DNA of 45,217 nucleotides from Seison nebaliae (Eukaryota): NCBI GenBank assembly GCA_023231475.1, contig JALJEE010000993.1, positions 1 to 45,217 of the forward strand, read 5' to 3'. Shown piece by piece: positions 12,750 to 24,910 of this stretch (position 1 is its first letter; each line of letters starts with the position of its first letter). The notes under the pieces were generated by a model. It saw only the letters and a program-made list of their open reading frames with translations, ran no database searches and was not told where the DNA came from. The position numbers and the translations under genes were made by a program.

Positions 12750-13355
12750 TTTAGGGCATTTGGTAGACGAACCAGTTCGTAGACGGGATTATTTGTTATA
12801 GCGACCGTTTGGTTGATATTTAATTAACGGGGAAAAAGCTTTTTATTGATCTTTAATCCTAAATATCCTATAATAATATACCATCGAAGATATCGTAATG
12901 GACACCACTGGATAGAGGAGAAAACATACTTTAAGATTATATGTTTTCTTATGTTGTCAGTTTTTGCCTAATAAATGAAAAATGTAAAAAATTAAAGTGG
13001 TTCCAAAAGAAAAGGCTAACTGTCACCGAATCGACTTATTTTGCGATTATGCTTATTTCTTATAATTATAATAAAATATTCAACAATAATAAATTCAATG
13101 AGATAATTGATTAAAATTAAAATTTAATCGTAACATTTTTTTAATGAAAATAATCCAAAAATTTGGTGTAATTTCAATGTCGAAAAAGAAAATATCAAAA
13201 ACGTATATGTTTGTATTACGTATAGAGTTATGTATTAGTCTACTAAATGGTGGGTTTACCAAATGGTCGGTCTACCAAAAATCCATCTACCAAACGGTCG
13301 GTATGGAAAATAGTTCCCTTTATCAAATGGTTCGTCTATCACATGTCGCTCTCCC
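12750..13355. mobile_element. Non-autonomous DNA transposon (MITE-like) with imperfect TIRs built of ~15-bp subrepeats
   Basis: The left end catttggtagacgaacca...cgaccgtttggttgat matches the reverse complement of the right end (catgtgatagacgaacca...cgaccgtttggtagat). There are repeated tctaccaaa/ccatttggtag units. Exact termini and TSD were not resolved. Confidence 0.7.
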
Positions 13356-13575
13356 ATAATATTGTTCTTCATTTATCAACAATTAATTGTTGAATAAACT
13401 ACCTGATTCATGGAGAATGTTTCTTCAATTTGTTATTCAGACGACAATTTGTCGACTTAACAAATATATTTATTCGAACAATAAATAAATGTGAAACTTA
13501 TCAGATAATTGTTAATCAACTTTTGCATAAGTCATTTCTTTTCAATCTAATCGAATTTATTTCACGATAACTATA

Positions 13576-14186
13576 ATGTCCAATAGTCTAATGTCCCATT
13601 TTTCCTATCTAATTGTCTCATTGTCTTTACTCTTAATGCTTGTTGTGAGTGGAAAGTTAATAGAGCCAAAATATTTTCAATATAAAACCAATCAACTAAT
13701 TATCAAAGGCTTTTGTGCTAATGGCAGTTACACTTTTTCTTCAGTTACGGAACATTGTGGCAAATCTTATAAAATTCCCTCTTTCTTTAATACACGATTC
13801 AATCACGAAGTCACAAATACATGTCATCCTAAGACTTACTTTATGAAACATACAGTGGTTGGCGGCCTAGCTATGATAAATCAAGGTATTGATCGGCCTC
13901 TGTTCAATACAAAACTTCAAATTTCATCTCCAAGTGTTAAAAATTTAGGACGCACTTCTTATGGTTTCCAGTTGACATTTCATACTACTAGTTTAGTCTG
14001 CATAAAGTCCTGCCGGCGATATCATTACGATGTTCGTTCTAAGATTTTCGATGTCAATCTTACAAGTTTCCTTTTCAATTTTCTTCTTTCGCTTTTGATT
14101 CATAAATTTATCGGACAAAAGTGAGAGAAAGTGGTCAAATCAATAAATCTCGCATAAGAATGGACAGTTTATGTTTCGCTAAATAA
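13576..14186 (+). CDS. Secreted 6-cysteine protein of unknown family, paralog B
   Basis: Colinear with paralog A, same intron position, last exon ending LCFAK*. Confidence 0.8.
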
Positions 14187-14629
14187 TGATGGTGATAATA
14201 TGAAATAGATTCAATTTAATATATATTCAATTAATCATTTTCCGAACAATTTCTAGAATAAACTATTTTTCGTATATTTTATGTATATCTTTTCAATTAA
14301 AACTTTCGAATGTTCCAAAATGACATTCTACAAATTAATTTTCAATTATTTTATCAACGAAAAAATAGTATAAACATTTCAATAATTCATAATTTATTAA
14401 TTCAAATAATATTAGATTTTTGGAAATATCAAAATTTCTTATTTCAAAGAACATTTAAAATTTTCATGAAATTTAAAAGATATTTCCACTTCAATTTGTA
14501 TATCATTTGGACAATTCGGAGAATTTTTCCAAAGTTTCTAATTTTTTTAATTTTCTGACGATTTCTTTTCCTTTTAAAGTAGAACATGTTATCACTAAAA
14601 CGAATTCTTCTATCATCTATGCAAATATT

Positions 14630-17600
14630 CTATCGATCACTTTGTTTGTCTTTACCGTACGTATGGAATGAACTTCGGGAGCTTGGTGTTCCTGAGCCCA
14701 ACGAAGTGCCTTCTACAAGAACAGTCACAATTATTAACAGATTTCAGAAAAGTATTAACGTAAAATAATTTCTCCACTGACATCATTCGGTTGTAATTTG
14801 GATAATGACTGCGCTGACTGTCTACCATGACTAGTGACTGATGACGCAACGGAACGTCTTACTTTTAAGAATTTTTATCAAATTTAAAAGTTCTAATATC
14901 GAATGGAACTTGATGAAACAGATGAACGGACTGAACTTTGTGAAAAAGATGAAACTGATGAACCAGTTCCTTTATGTCTCCTCTGTCCCATTAATCGTCG
15001 ATTGGGAAGTGAAATATTATTCTGAAAAGAATAATAAATTAAAAGATAAAATTATTCAAAAAATATAAAACTTGATTAAAATATAAAATTATTCTATCTT
15101 CGATTATGTCGTTGTTGATAGATAATTCTGCGATACGATTAATTATGAATTGATTGAAATCGTGTAATTCTCTTAAAGAGAGATCTTTTTCTATATTGAT
15201 ATTTCTGTATAAATCTGATTTTAATATTTCACAAAAATGAACGTTAATTTAATGGAAAATTCTAAATGGAACCGTTATTTTTAGTACGAACCGTATTCCA
15301 TTGTTTGTGAGTAGTTGTTGAACATTTATTAATTTTCTCTTTCTGTTGATCAATTTTATTCCTCAATTTGTCTTCTTCGTCTTTGACGGCGTTATGTTCC
15401 GAATCCAATATCTTCAATTCTTCATGAACTGCTTCGATCATTTGATTAATTTTCACTTCATCTTCCTCCAACTCCTTCAACGTTCGTCGTTGTAAAGCGA
15501 CTTGTGCACGAATGTTTTGTAGTGTGATATCCGTCTTCTTTTTCTCCTGATACAATTTACTTTGTACGTTCAATTTCCCAAAACTCTTCTTACATTTCTC
15601 ATTTCTCGCTTCCACTACCAACAAAGTATTTTGGAGTGCAGTTAATTCGACTTGTTTCCGATGAATTTTCGTATCAAGATTGTCTCCTTCACGTTGTAAT
15701 TCTTCTTTCTGTTGTGCCGCTTGAATGACATAATAAGCTTGAGACCATTCTTCACCCGATATCTCTTCGGGCGGTTTCATCGCAACGATCAGGACATCAT
15801 ATCTGAATTTAGAATTGTCAACAAATTTTTCAAATTTTTTAAAACTTTTTTTGTAATTTTTCAATTTTGGATGAACGATCGTTAATTTCCATAACTAATT
15901 TCTGACGTTCTGAACCACGAATTTTCTTCTCTGCTTGCAACATTTGCTGATGAATTTTTATTTCATTCAATCGTTCTTCCATAGCCGTTTTCAGGTTTTG
16001 TTCTTTCTTCTCCTCACCAAATACGTCCTTCGATTTATTGAGTAGACTTTCATCCAATTTTCGTAATTGCAATTTCAACAAATTCTCTTCCACCATCAAA
16101 TTCTTTCAAGAAATAGTTTAATGAATTTTCTGGAAAAAATAATTTTCAAAAAAAACTTCTTTCTCATTTTCATGTTTTTTGATGATTCTGATAATATTCG
16201 TATTCTTCAAGTCCAGTTCCTTAATCTTCGACTCATATTTCTCATTGGATTGATCACTTTCATTAATAATTCGTTTAGTTCGACGAATATCATCCTAAAG
16301 TGATAAAAGAAAATTTTGTTGATGAAATTAAAAAATTACCTGAATTCGCTTATGTTGTTGAAGCATCGTATCATAAGTTTTCTGTTTCGCTTCTAATTCA
16401 GTTTGAAGAGTTTTAATTTTCGAATGTAATTCGCTATTCTCCGAAGTAACTCGATCGCCTTGCAAACGTGCAATGCGACGTTCTAATTGTTGAATGGTGA
16501 AATCTTGATGATAAATAATTTCTTGTTGTTTCAATGCTTCATGATCTAATTGTGTGATTTTTGAATTCAAATTTTTTGTCAAAACATTCATTCCCTAAAT
16601 ATTTGAGAAATAGTATTAACAAATAAGAAATTATTATTAGTTGATTTTGAAAAAGGGAAAATAAAAACATCAATATCAGCAATGACATCTTTCTTCTTTC
16701 CAATACTTCCTTGTAATTTTGAATTGACTTGGAATTTCTTCTCACTAATTTTCTTCAATTCAACTTGCATCTGATCTTGATATTGTTTCTCTTTCGCAAC
16801 AATTTGTTGGAGTTGCTTCGCTTTCTGCTCGGACGAGCCTGCTTCATTTTTCGATAAAACTAATTCATTCTTCAACAATTCTTGTTTCACTTTCAACTTC
16901 TCCATACTTCAATAAGAATTGTAGAAATAAGAATTTGACAAATAACAAATTAACTTTCGAACACAATCAGTTATCTGTTTTTTCATCTGCATATTCGTCA
17001 CTCGTGTTCCTTCGACGTCATGACTCGTTCTTTCCATTTTACGTTTGGCTGCGTTCAACTATTTGGGGAAAGATTAAAATAATTTAAATTGAAATTAAAC
17101 TTCATCAGAGAATATTGTAAATTGAGCTATAGAATCTTGATAAGTTGCACGTAGTTTCGTTCGATGTCGTTCTTGTAAGACGAGTTGATTCACCATATCT
17201 CCATTATTCTTTTTTTCATTATTCAATTGTTTTCGTCTTTCTCTTATTTTCTTCTCTACTCGATACTCTTCCACTTTATATCGCATAATATCTTCCGCTA
17301 AATTCTCAATAACGACGTCTCGTGCCAACATTTTCTCCACCACCAATTCCCATCGATATAATAAGTTTTGTCGTTGATGATGAGCGTCAGCATAATCTTT
17401 CGACGTTTTCACTAATTGAACTTGAGCGGAATGTGTTTCGTTAACTACTCGATCCAATTGATGTTGTTTCGTATCGATATTCTTATCTAATGACTCGATT
17501 TTCAATGTCAATTCTCTCAATTTCACTTCATCTTGTTTCGAATATTTTTTCAACATCATTTGATCCTCATGTTTTCTCGTCGATTCTTCCAGCCACGCTT

Positions 17601-18290
17601 GCAACGCTTTCTCATTCCAATTCTTCGCTTCCACTATCGAATCATATTTTTTCGTTAATTGAAACAAATTGTCTTTCGTCAATTGGGAACGTTCCTCCAA
17701 TTTTCCAATTTCATTATTCACACGTTGAATTGCACTTTGTATGTTGCCTTTCTCACGTTCTTTCAAAAAATGCATATGTTTCTCCGCTCCCATTTGCGAT
17801 TGTCGAGCGTACAAAAGACGGAGAATATTCTGATTCTCTTCAAAAACATTCTTTCGATGATTCTTCAACATGAACATCTTTTGCGTCAACACTTCCATCT
17901 GTTTTCGTTTAGAATCTCGTTGACGTTGTTTTGTCATTAACTTTTATGAGAAATTTTAATTTATGAAATGTTAATGAACTCGACAAAAAATTTGAAAACT
18001 TCATCTTGTAATTTTTTATTGGCTTCATTCGGAACAGGCAATTGGAATGCTTCAGTATAATCAAATAAATTCCCGCGAACTTCTTCTTCGATTTCTGATG
18101 TTATCAAATCATTGTCCTCCTCACTAACCTCCTGATCTTCAATCAAATTCTCTAGTAATTGTTTTGTGTGATCCACATCCATTAGTTCTTCTGCTCCTGG
18201 TTCCGAACCTGTCTTCTCCACCAAAGTGGTGAATGTCTCTCGTGGGTCCTCTTCATTTATTGGAGGATCAGTTTCCGTCTCATTTGTCAT
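14630..18290 (-). CDS. CCDC39: Coiled-coil domain-containing protein 39 (axonemal 96-nm ruler), ~12 exons
   Basis: Motifs LPVPNEANKKL, NWNEKALQAWLEE...KYSKQDEVKLREL, KQQEIIYHQDFTIQQLERRIARLQG, MVEENLLKLQL and SQAYYVIQAAQQKEELQREGDNLDTKI. The Ser-rich 3' exons and the stop position are approximate. Confidence 0.93.
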
Positions 18291-18513
18291 TCCTCCAAAT
18301 CACTACTTTTTCACAAGTCGAAATTTAGTTGTATTTAGTTATTATAGTTACAATTCATTGTCGTTACCATGCAATAATCGACGAATATTCTCATTATTCT
18401 ATCATATAATAAAATCCGTCTCCTTTCTAATTTTTAGGCCGATTAAATTTGATGTCATTTATTTTATCAATCCGACTTCTAATTGAAATATGCCAATGTC
18501 TTATATAGACATC

Positions 18514-18586
18514 GGTCCTGTGGCTTAGCGGTTAAAGCGCCTGTCTAGTAAACAGGAGATCGTGAGTTCAAATCTCGCCAGGACCT
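18514..18586 (+). tRNA. tRNA-Thr (anticodon AGT)
   Basis: Acceptor stem GGTCCTG/CAGGACC, A-box TGGCTTAGCGG, anticodon arm CCTGT-CTAGTAA-ACAGG, T-loop GTTCAAATC; no intron. Confidence 0.97.
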
Positions 18587-18590
18587 TTTT
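18586..18590 (+). terminator. RNA polymerase III T-run terminator
   Basis: TTTTT immediately follows the tRNA acceptor stem. Confidence 0.75.
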
Positions 18591-19026
18591 ACCAAAATTT
18601 TTTTACGAATTTATCAAATTTTTGAATTTGAAAAAAGTTTGTTTATTTCTCAAATATTTTATTTTTTTATCAAAAGAACTGATTTGAGGATTGAAGAACT
18701 TTACATATTCTTTTGAGTGGCATTCAAATACTTTTATTGAGAAAGGAAAATAATAAACTTCTTCATTCTAATTGAGCAATTAAGTTCCTTAACAACATTC
18801 TCTTTGGATACGTTAGGTAATTCTATCGGAGTGACCTTCAATATCTAAATTTCCAAGAAAATATCGTTCTCAATTAGCGTACTTTCTACGTTTTATAAGA
18901 TCAATGTTAAATAAATATTTAAATTTCTCGGAAAATGGCCAATGTTCATTGACGATCCAAAAAATGAATTGATCGTTAAGGTGAATTGTGAATTAGGTAA
19001 AAAAAGTTGAAAGAAAAGAAGAATTT

Positions 19027-19605
19027 ATGTCTAAATTCAAAACACCTTACCTCAGTTTATTGGAAGGACAACATCCTTGTACAACTGTAAGTAGAATGAA
19101 TTCTTCGGAAATCCTCCAATTCCTATATAAGCCGTTGACCCCACAAATGTTTTACAACTATATCAAAAATATCCCGCCAACTACCCGACCAATGCGTAAA
19201 CCGGACAGAAATAAACTTAACAATTATCAAACGAAATATCCGCCTCATATAACACCACGAACTTCAACTGCCAAAATAAACTCTTCGACGAATACTCTTC
19301 TATTTTCTTTGCCCGAGTTAACAAGTCGAGTCCATATGCAGCGACCATTACCTTCCTCCCTCCCAACTAAACAACAATCATATAGATCTCTACAATCATC
19401 TGATCGGGAACATATCAAATTGAACGAAATGAAACATAACATTTCTACCAGAAAATTGAAATTGAATAAAAGAATTCAAACAGCTCAATATTCAATCCGG
19501 AATGATAATTTGAAGGATACGAAAAGAATTTTATCTTGTCGAAACAAAAATATTGATAAGAAACAACTGATATGTGTAACGAAGAACATCGTCTTCACCA
19601 TCTGA
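19027..19605 (+). CDS. Hypothetical basic, Pro/Ser/Thr-rich protein; true start uncertain
   Basis: 192-codon ORF in AT-rich DNA with a possible in-frame intron (gtaagt...tataag, ~19087-19131). No family recognised. Confidence 0.45.
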   Translation: MSKFKTPYLSLLEGQHPCTTVSRMNSSEILQFLYKPLTPQMFYNYIKNIPPTTRPMRKPDRNKLNNYQTKYPPHITPRTSTAKINSSTNTLLFSLPELTSRVHMQRPLPSSLPTKQQSYRSLQSSDREHIKLNEMKHNISTRKLKLNKRIQTAQYSIRNDNLKDTKRILSCRNKNIDKKQLICVTKNIVFTI

Positions 19606-20274
19606 TGATCCGTTTCAATATAATCTCAATATTATAATTAATTTATTTCCACTCTGAAAATATTCAAATTCTCAAATCAATAATTCTTTATAAAACTTTC
19701 TTAATTATTAAACAGCAGACATTTTAACAAACAAACAATACAAACAATTTTAATGAACAAATTTAGAAGAACTAATAATAAGATGAAATTTAAAAAAAAA
19801 AAGTAATGTGAATAAAGTTCTTATCTGGAATTATTTCTGAATGAAATAAAAATTGGAAAATTAATAAGAATTTGTGGAATGGAAAGGAATGGAATGTGAA
19901 TAGAATATTGTTATAAATACACAAAATGTATATCGAGATCAGTTATAATTCAACTGTATCGAATAGAGTTTGCATTTCAATCGTTTCATCCTAAAACAAT
20001 AAATGATAATGAATGAAAAGGAAAGAGAATAGTTTAATGAAATTTTATAAAAAAAATTAAAAAAAAGATAATCGTTCCCAAAATAAAATTTTATAGAAAT
20101 TATCTATATTGGAAGATGGAAAGAAGATATATATAAGAAAATTTAAGAGAGAAGAACAGAGAGAAATGAAACCTTTACAAATGAATAAAAAAATTTTTAA
20201 TGTTAAACAATTCAGTCATTCTCTGAACGTAGCGACATTTTGTAGCGAAATGGAAAAATAATTTTAGCACAATT

Positions 20275-21209
20275 TTATCCCAGTCCCTTGTCATCGAACA
20301 AACCTTGAGGAGTCTCCTCCTACCAAAAATCAAGAGAAAATTTAAAAAAAAATTAAATGTTAATTAAGCATCCCAACATTCGTTTTATATTTTAAAAATA
20401 ATCATTCGAACAATTAAATCTATGATGAATGGATTTATGCGAAGTCATGAGAGATAGTAGTTCTTAAGTAGTCTCCTAAAAAGCATCCTCGTCTACTTTA
20501 TCAATCAATCAATCAATCAATATAAGCCGTATTCTTTTAATGCTTCTTGCACTAATTCTTCCTAAATTTCCAATTATTTTAGTTTAATTAATAAATTAAT
20601 AAATTAATCGATTTCCAATGAAAGTGTAGCATGAGCAAATGATGTGAGAAGCGAGAAAATATATTAAGAATAAATGAAGAACCTCTTGAAGAAGATCTTG
20701 AGCTGAAATGGCTTTTAACGCGAATTTCTTACTCGTCTCTTGTACTTCTCCTCCCAACAGGAATTCATCCAACATAAAATAAGCTTTCTCGAAATTGAAG
20801 ATGATATCTAATTCACAAACACTCCCGAAATACTTATCGAGTAATTCAACATATCGATGAATGATCTCCAAAATGATCAATTCATTATCATCATGCTCAA
20901 CCGCACAACAAAAATAAAGACTCGCATAACTAAAAACGAGAGCATAAAAAATAGAGAAATAATATTATGAACCGTTTGTAAACAATTTTCAAATGTTTCC
21001 ATTCGAGGAAGTTACATGTTTTTGGCTTCCTTCCCAACACGGAAGCGATGAGATCTCGTGTCATCTTCTGTCGCTGTTCTTCTGCCATAGCAATAAACCA
21101 TTTCTGTAAACGTAATTTGCCTTGTCGACTGAATAATAAAATGAATTGTATCTGAATTGAAGACATATGATGAATAATATGAATATAGAAAAGAAAAAAA
21201 AATTACCAT
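20275..21209 (-). CDS. AP1S: AP-1 adaptor complex sigma subunit with alternative last exons
   Basis: [20 protein letters not shown]...[17 protein letters not shown]...[31 protein letters not shown]...DLLQE. Candidate last exons at 20517-20561 and 20275-20319. Confidence 0.97.
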
Positions 21210-21437
21210 TTTATAAAGATTCTCGAAAATTTATTTTGGACGAGATACAACTTTCACAAACAAGTGAAACGTTGAGAGAATTGATATTTGATAATAAAAA
21301 GAAATATAAAATTTATTTTATTTCTTTATTTTTTTAATAAAAAATTTGCTTTCGATTTAAAATGAAATTTCTGTACATCTTTTAATTCCGACCAGTTTTT
21401 GGTCATTTTCGTCTTCATTCCATCAAAATAAACGAAA

Positions 21438-21842
21438 TTATATGACGTCTAATTTATTTAAGTTGCATTTTCGATGATATCTTCTGAAATCATCAAGAAA
21501 ATACTGAAGGAGATATCGATAACATTGTCGCATTGTTGCACTGCAATGGATGGAAGAGAATCGGATGTACACACCTTTCCATTTGCAACATAAAGCGATT
21601 AATTGTTGGAGAGTCGTGAGATGTTTATGTTGAATTTGAATGATGATGATTTCTGATCGTTCATCCACCAACATCGTCTGTAAAGGAATAATTGCATAAG
21701 GACCAAATTTACTCATGGATACATCTCCGAAATGTTTCTTCATTTCTCCCAATAAATATTTTGTCATTTCATTCATTTCGATCCGTTTCGACGGATCTTC
21801 TAATGAATATTTAACAATCAAATATCGTCGTTTTGCTTTCAT
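21438..21842 (-). CDS. POP5: RNase P/MRP subunit, Pop5/Rpp14 family
   Basis: N-terminal KRRYLIV, HFGD and C-terminal IHCSATMRQC; 134 aa, intronless. Rpp14 is not fully excluded. Confidence 0.78.
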   Translation of the reverse strand: MKAKRRYLIVKYSLEDPSKRIEMNEMTKYLLGEMKKHFGDVSMSKFGPYAIIPLQTMLVDERSEIIIIQIQHKHLTTLQQLIALCCKWKGVYIRFSSIHCSATMRQCYRYLLQYFLDDFRRYHRKCNLNKLDVI

Positions 21843-21949
21843 TTATTATTTTACACAGATAATAATCCAATAATTTCTCTTTCACACAGAATTTCTAGAG
21901 AATGAGAATGAGATAATTAAATTCGATTTTATAATGTTCAATTTACATT
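21843..21949. promoter_or_regulatory. Putative bidirectional promoter shared by POP5 and MGAT1
   Basis: Only 107 bp separate the two divergent ATGs. Confidence 0.55.
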
Positions 21950-23724
21950 ATGAGAAAAATCTACTACCAAATCTTCCTTTTCCTTTTCGTCTTCCATATC
22001 TTCGTTCTCTATTTCATCATTTCTTCACAAACTAATTGGAACACATACAGGTTTTTCTATCAATGGCCTTTCAAAAAATTTAGCTCACTTATTTAGTCAT
22101 GCCGATTCTCATACTCAACATTTCCATAGACAAAAAAAAGAAAAACAAACCAGACCCCAAACAACCACTTCGTCAACATCGACGAAAATTCAGTCAGTGA
22201 AATCGAAATCGATTGCCATTCTCTTATTGGCCTGCAAACGAGTTGACGTGAAAATTGTTCTTCGTTCAATTAACGAGTTATTTCAATTTCTTTTTTTTTA
22301 ATTTTAATTTTGAATTTGAAGAAAAAATCGAAAAAAATTCCCAATCATCGTTAGTCAGGATTGTGGAGATAAAAGAACGAAAAATGTAATTCTCTCATTC
22401 CAACAACAAATTGATCATATAATATTCGTTAGAATTTCTTTCTTTCCTAATTTTCTCAACTTTCTCTTTAGCAACCGAATCAAACTGATCCTAATGTCAA
22501 AAAATTCTCAGCATATTATAAAATTTCTCGTCATTATAAATTTGCTTTGGATTTCGTTTTTGTTGAGAAATCGTATGATTCCGTTATCATTATTGAAGGT
22601 TCAATAATTATTTTGGAGAATATTTGTTCTCAAATTTTTTTTAAGATGATTTAAATATTTCAACTGATTTCTTCGAATATTTCGAAGCGACTTATCCTTT
22701 ACTAAAAGATCCGTCTTCCAATCTCCTTTGTTCATCCGCATGGAATGATAACGGACAAGAATATAACATTGATGAGAAAGCGTCAAGTTTATATTTATAA
22801 CTTCTCAACTATAATTCTATGATAAATAGAACGATTATGGAGATCCGATTTTTTTCCAGGTTTGGGATGGATGATGGTACGATCGACTTATATGGGTCTT
22901 AAAGATAAATGGCCAAACGGTTTTTGGGACGATTGGATAAGATTACCGAATAATCGTTTGGGTCGTCAATGTATCCGTCCGGAGATTTCTCGATCTTCCA
23001 CTTTCGGAAAAACGGGTAGTAGCAAGTTAAATTTAAATTTTTGAATAATTTAACTTATTAATAATAATTATTCAGTGGATTGTTTTTCGATTTGTTTCTG
23101 AAAAATATCAAATTAAACAATGTACATGTTCATTGGCTGAAAGAAGATTTAAGTTATTTAAAAAAAGTTCGTTTGTTCATTCGATTTAATTCGATTTTAA
23201 TAAATTCGAATTTTGCAGGATATTTTCCATAACAATTTAGAGAATTTCTTGACAAGTTGCACTACGGAATATGTGTGTAAAAAAGGAATTTTAGGAAAAT
23301 TAGAAACAATGGTTCATTCCACAACTTTAACAGTTTAAACTTGATTAATTTTGACATTAAGAATAATACTTGGTTTTGTTGCAGGCAAGTTGTAAGCTCC
23401 ATCCATTCCTACAACAATTAAATGGAGAAAATCATCATGTAAGATTGAAGGCGCTTAGTTTGAAGAGTTGTTTTGATGAATTTAATTTAATGACGGATGA
23501 AAAATCTTCAATTTATCGAACGTCGATCGATAATTTCGTTATATTCTACAGATCATTCTCAAGCCATAGTGGTGGTATTCGTTTTTATTTAAATACTAAA
23601 TAGGAAAACAGATTAATCGTTTCTCTCAAAACGTTCAATTATCTCCCGTTAATGACACCCTTAAATTTTTCCTGGGAAATTTGTTTTTCTTTTTCAGACG
23701 AGCAATCGTCATTCATTGTTATAG
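21950..23724 (+). CDS. MGAT1: Alpha-1,3-mannosyl-glycoprotein 2-beta-N-acetylglucosaminyltransferase (GnT-I, GT13)
   Basis: Type II N-terminal TM, then [65 protein letters not shown] and [13 protein letters not shown]. At least eight introns; the last exons are uncertain. Confidence 0.93.
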
Positions 23725-24006
23725 TGAAAACCGTGAATCAGTGAACCGTTAATTTATAATCTAATTTATTGTTATTTAATTATTTAATTGGAAAAATAAA
23801 GTTTGTAATTTCTCAATTTTTTATTGCGATTATTGATCTAAAATTTTAAGAGGATAATTTTTACACTAAAAATCTAAATTCCAAATGAGAAATAATTCAA
23901 TGACAAATTAAATTATTAAGAATGTTTAGGGAACGATTAGATTTTTATTTCATTTCAATTGACATTTAGACTGAAGTGATTGTGAAATGATTAAAATTTT
24001 AATTAA

Positions 24007-24910
24007 ATGTTTAAAATTCATTTTACTTCTTTATTTTTCTTACATTTGTTTTCAAATGTACTAACGATTAAAATACTTAATAATTTAAATAAAAGTTATT
24101 TCCATATTTTTCAGTTAGAAAGAATAAATTCTATTATCATCATCAGCTGATTTAAAAGAACTAAATAATAGTTTAACTCACATAAACAGCAGTCGAGTAT
24201 TGGTTGGTCTCTATATTAGTGGTGAATTACATCACTTTTTCGGAAATTATCCAGTTTGTGGAATAAATTCTGCATGTGGAATTCAATTCTCAAAAATTTT
24301 AGATATGAAAGATGAATTCAAAGTTTCTGGAATAATTAAGTTATTTGTTATCGATGTTCTCCAATCATCAATTTTCCTTTTTGTCAGACCTTTTCGTATT
24401 TTTATTAAAACGGAGAATAAGTCATATGTCGTTCCATCTGAAATGGTTGAAGCATCAAAAATGCATCCTTATAATTTCCATCTAAAAACGAAGAATTTAT
24501 CAGATGAAACAAATCCATCGAATTTCTATCGAAGTCAAAGAGGAAAAACAATTCAAATGGTTTTGGGATTGAAATGTCAATTTAACGAGACTGTAATTAT
24601 TGAGCCAATGCCAGATCTATCGATAGGGGACGACGTCGATATGTTTCTAGTGGATTCGCAAGAAATGACGAGAGAATTAGAAGAATCTCAGAAACTTTAT
24701 GTTATTGGTTTGGATAGTTTTGATTCGTTGAATTCCCAATATATTCTTGGAGCAATTTCGACAGTTATTGGAATAGTTTATTTCATAGCAGTACCTGTAT
24801 TTATTCAATACAAACGAGCGGTATTGAAAGCGAATCAACAGAATATATCCGTACCACTAACGAGCGACACACCACCAACATTACCAACAGTACCAACATT
24901 AAAATTATGA
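24007..24910 (+). CDS. Type I membrane protein of unknown family
   Basis: A signal-peptide exon MFKIHFTSLFFLHLFSNVLT splices in frame (gttatt...catcag) to the 24200 ORF. C-terminal TM ILGAISTVIGIVYFIAVPVFI is followed by KR and a Pro/Thr tail. Confidence 0.7.

Noticed and set aside
17490..17940. Plus-strand ORFs antisense to CCDC39
   Set aside because: Antisense shadows of coiled-coil coding sequence, without motifs.
14630..18290. Apparent frameshifts or stop-codon reassignment fragmenting CCDC39, Timeless and MGAT1
   Set aside because: All breaks are resolved by short GT-AG introns under the standard code; no recoding is needed.
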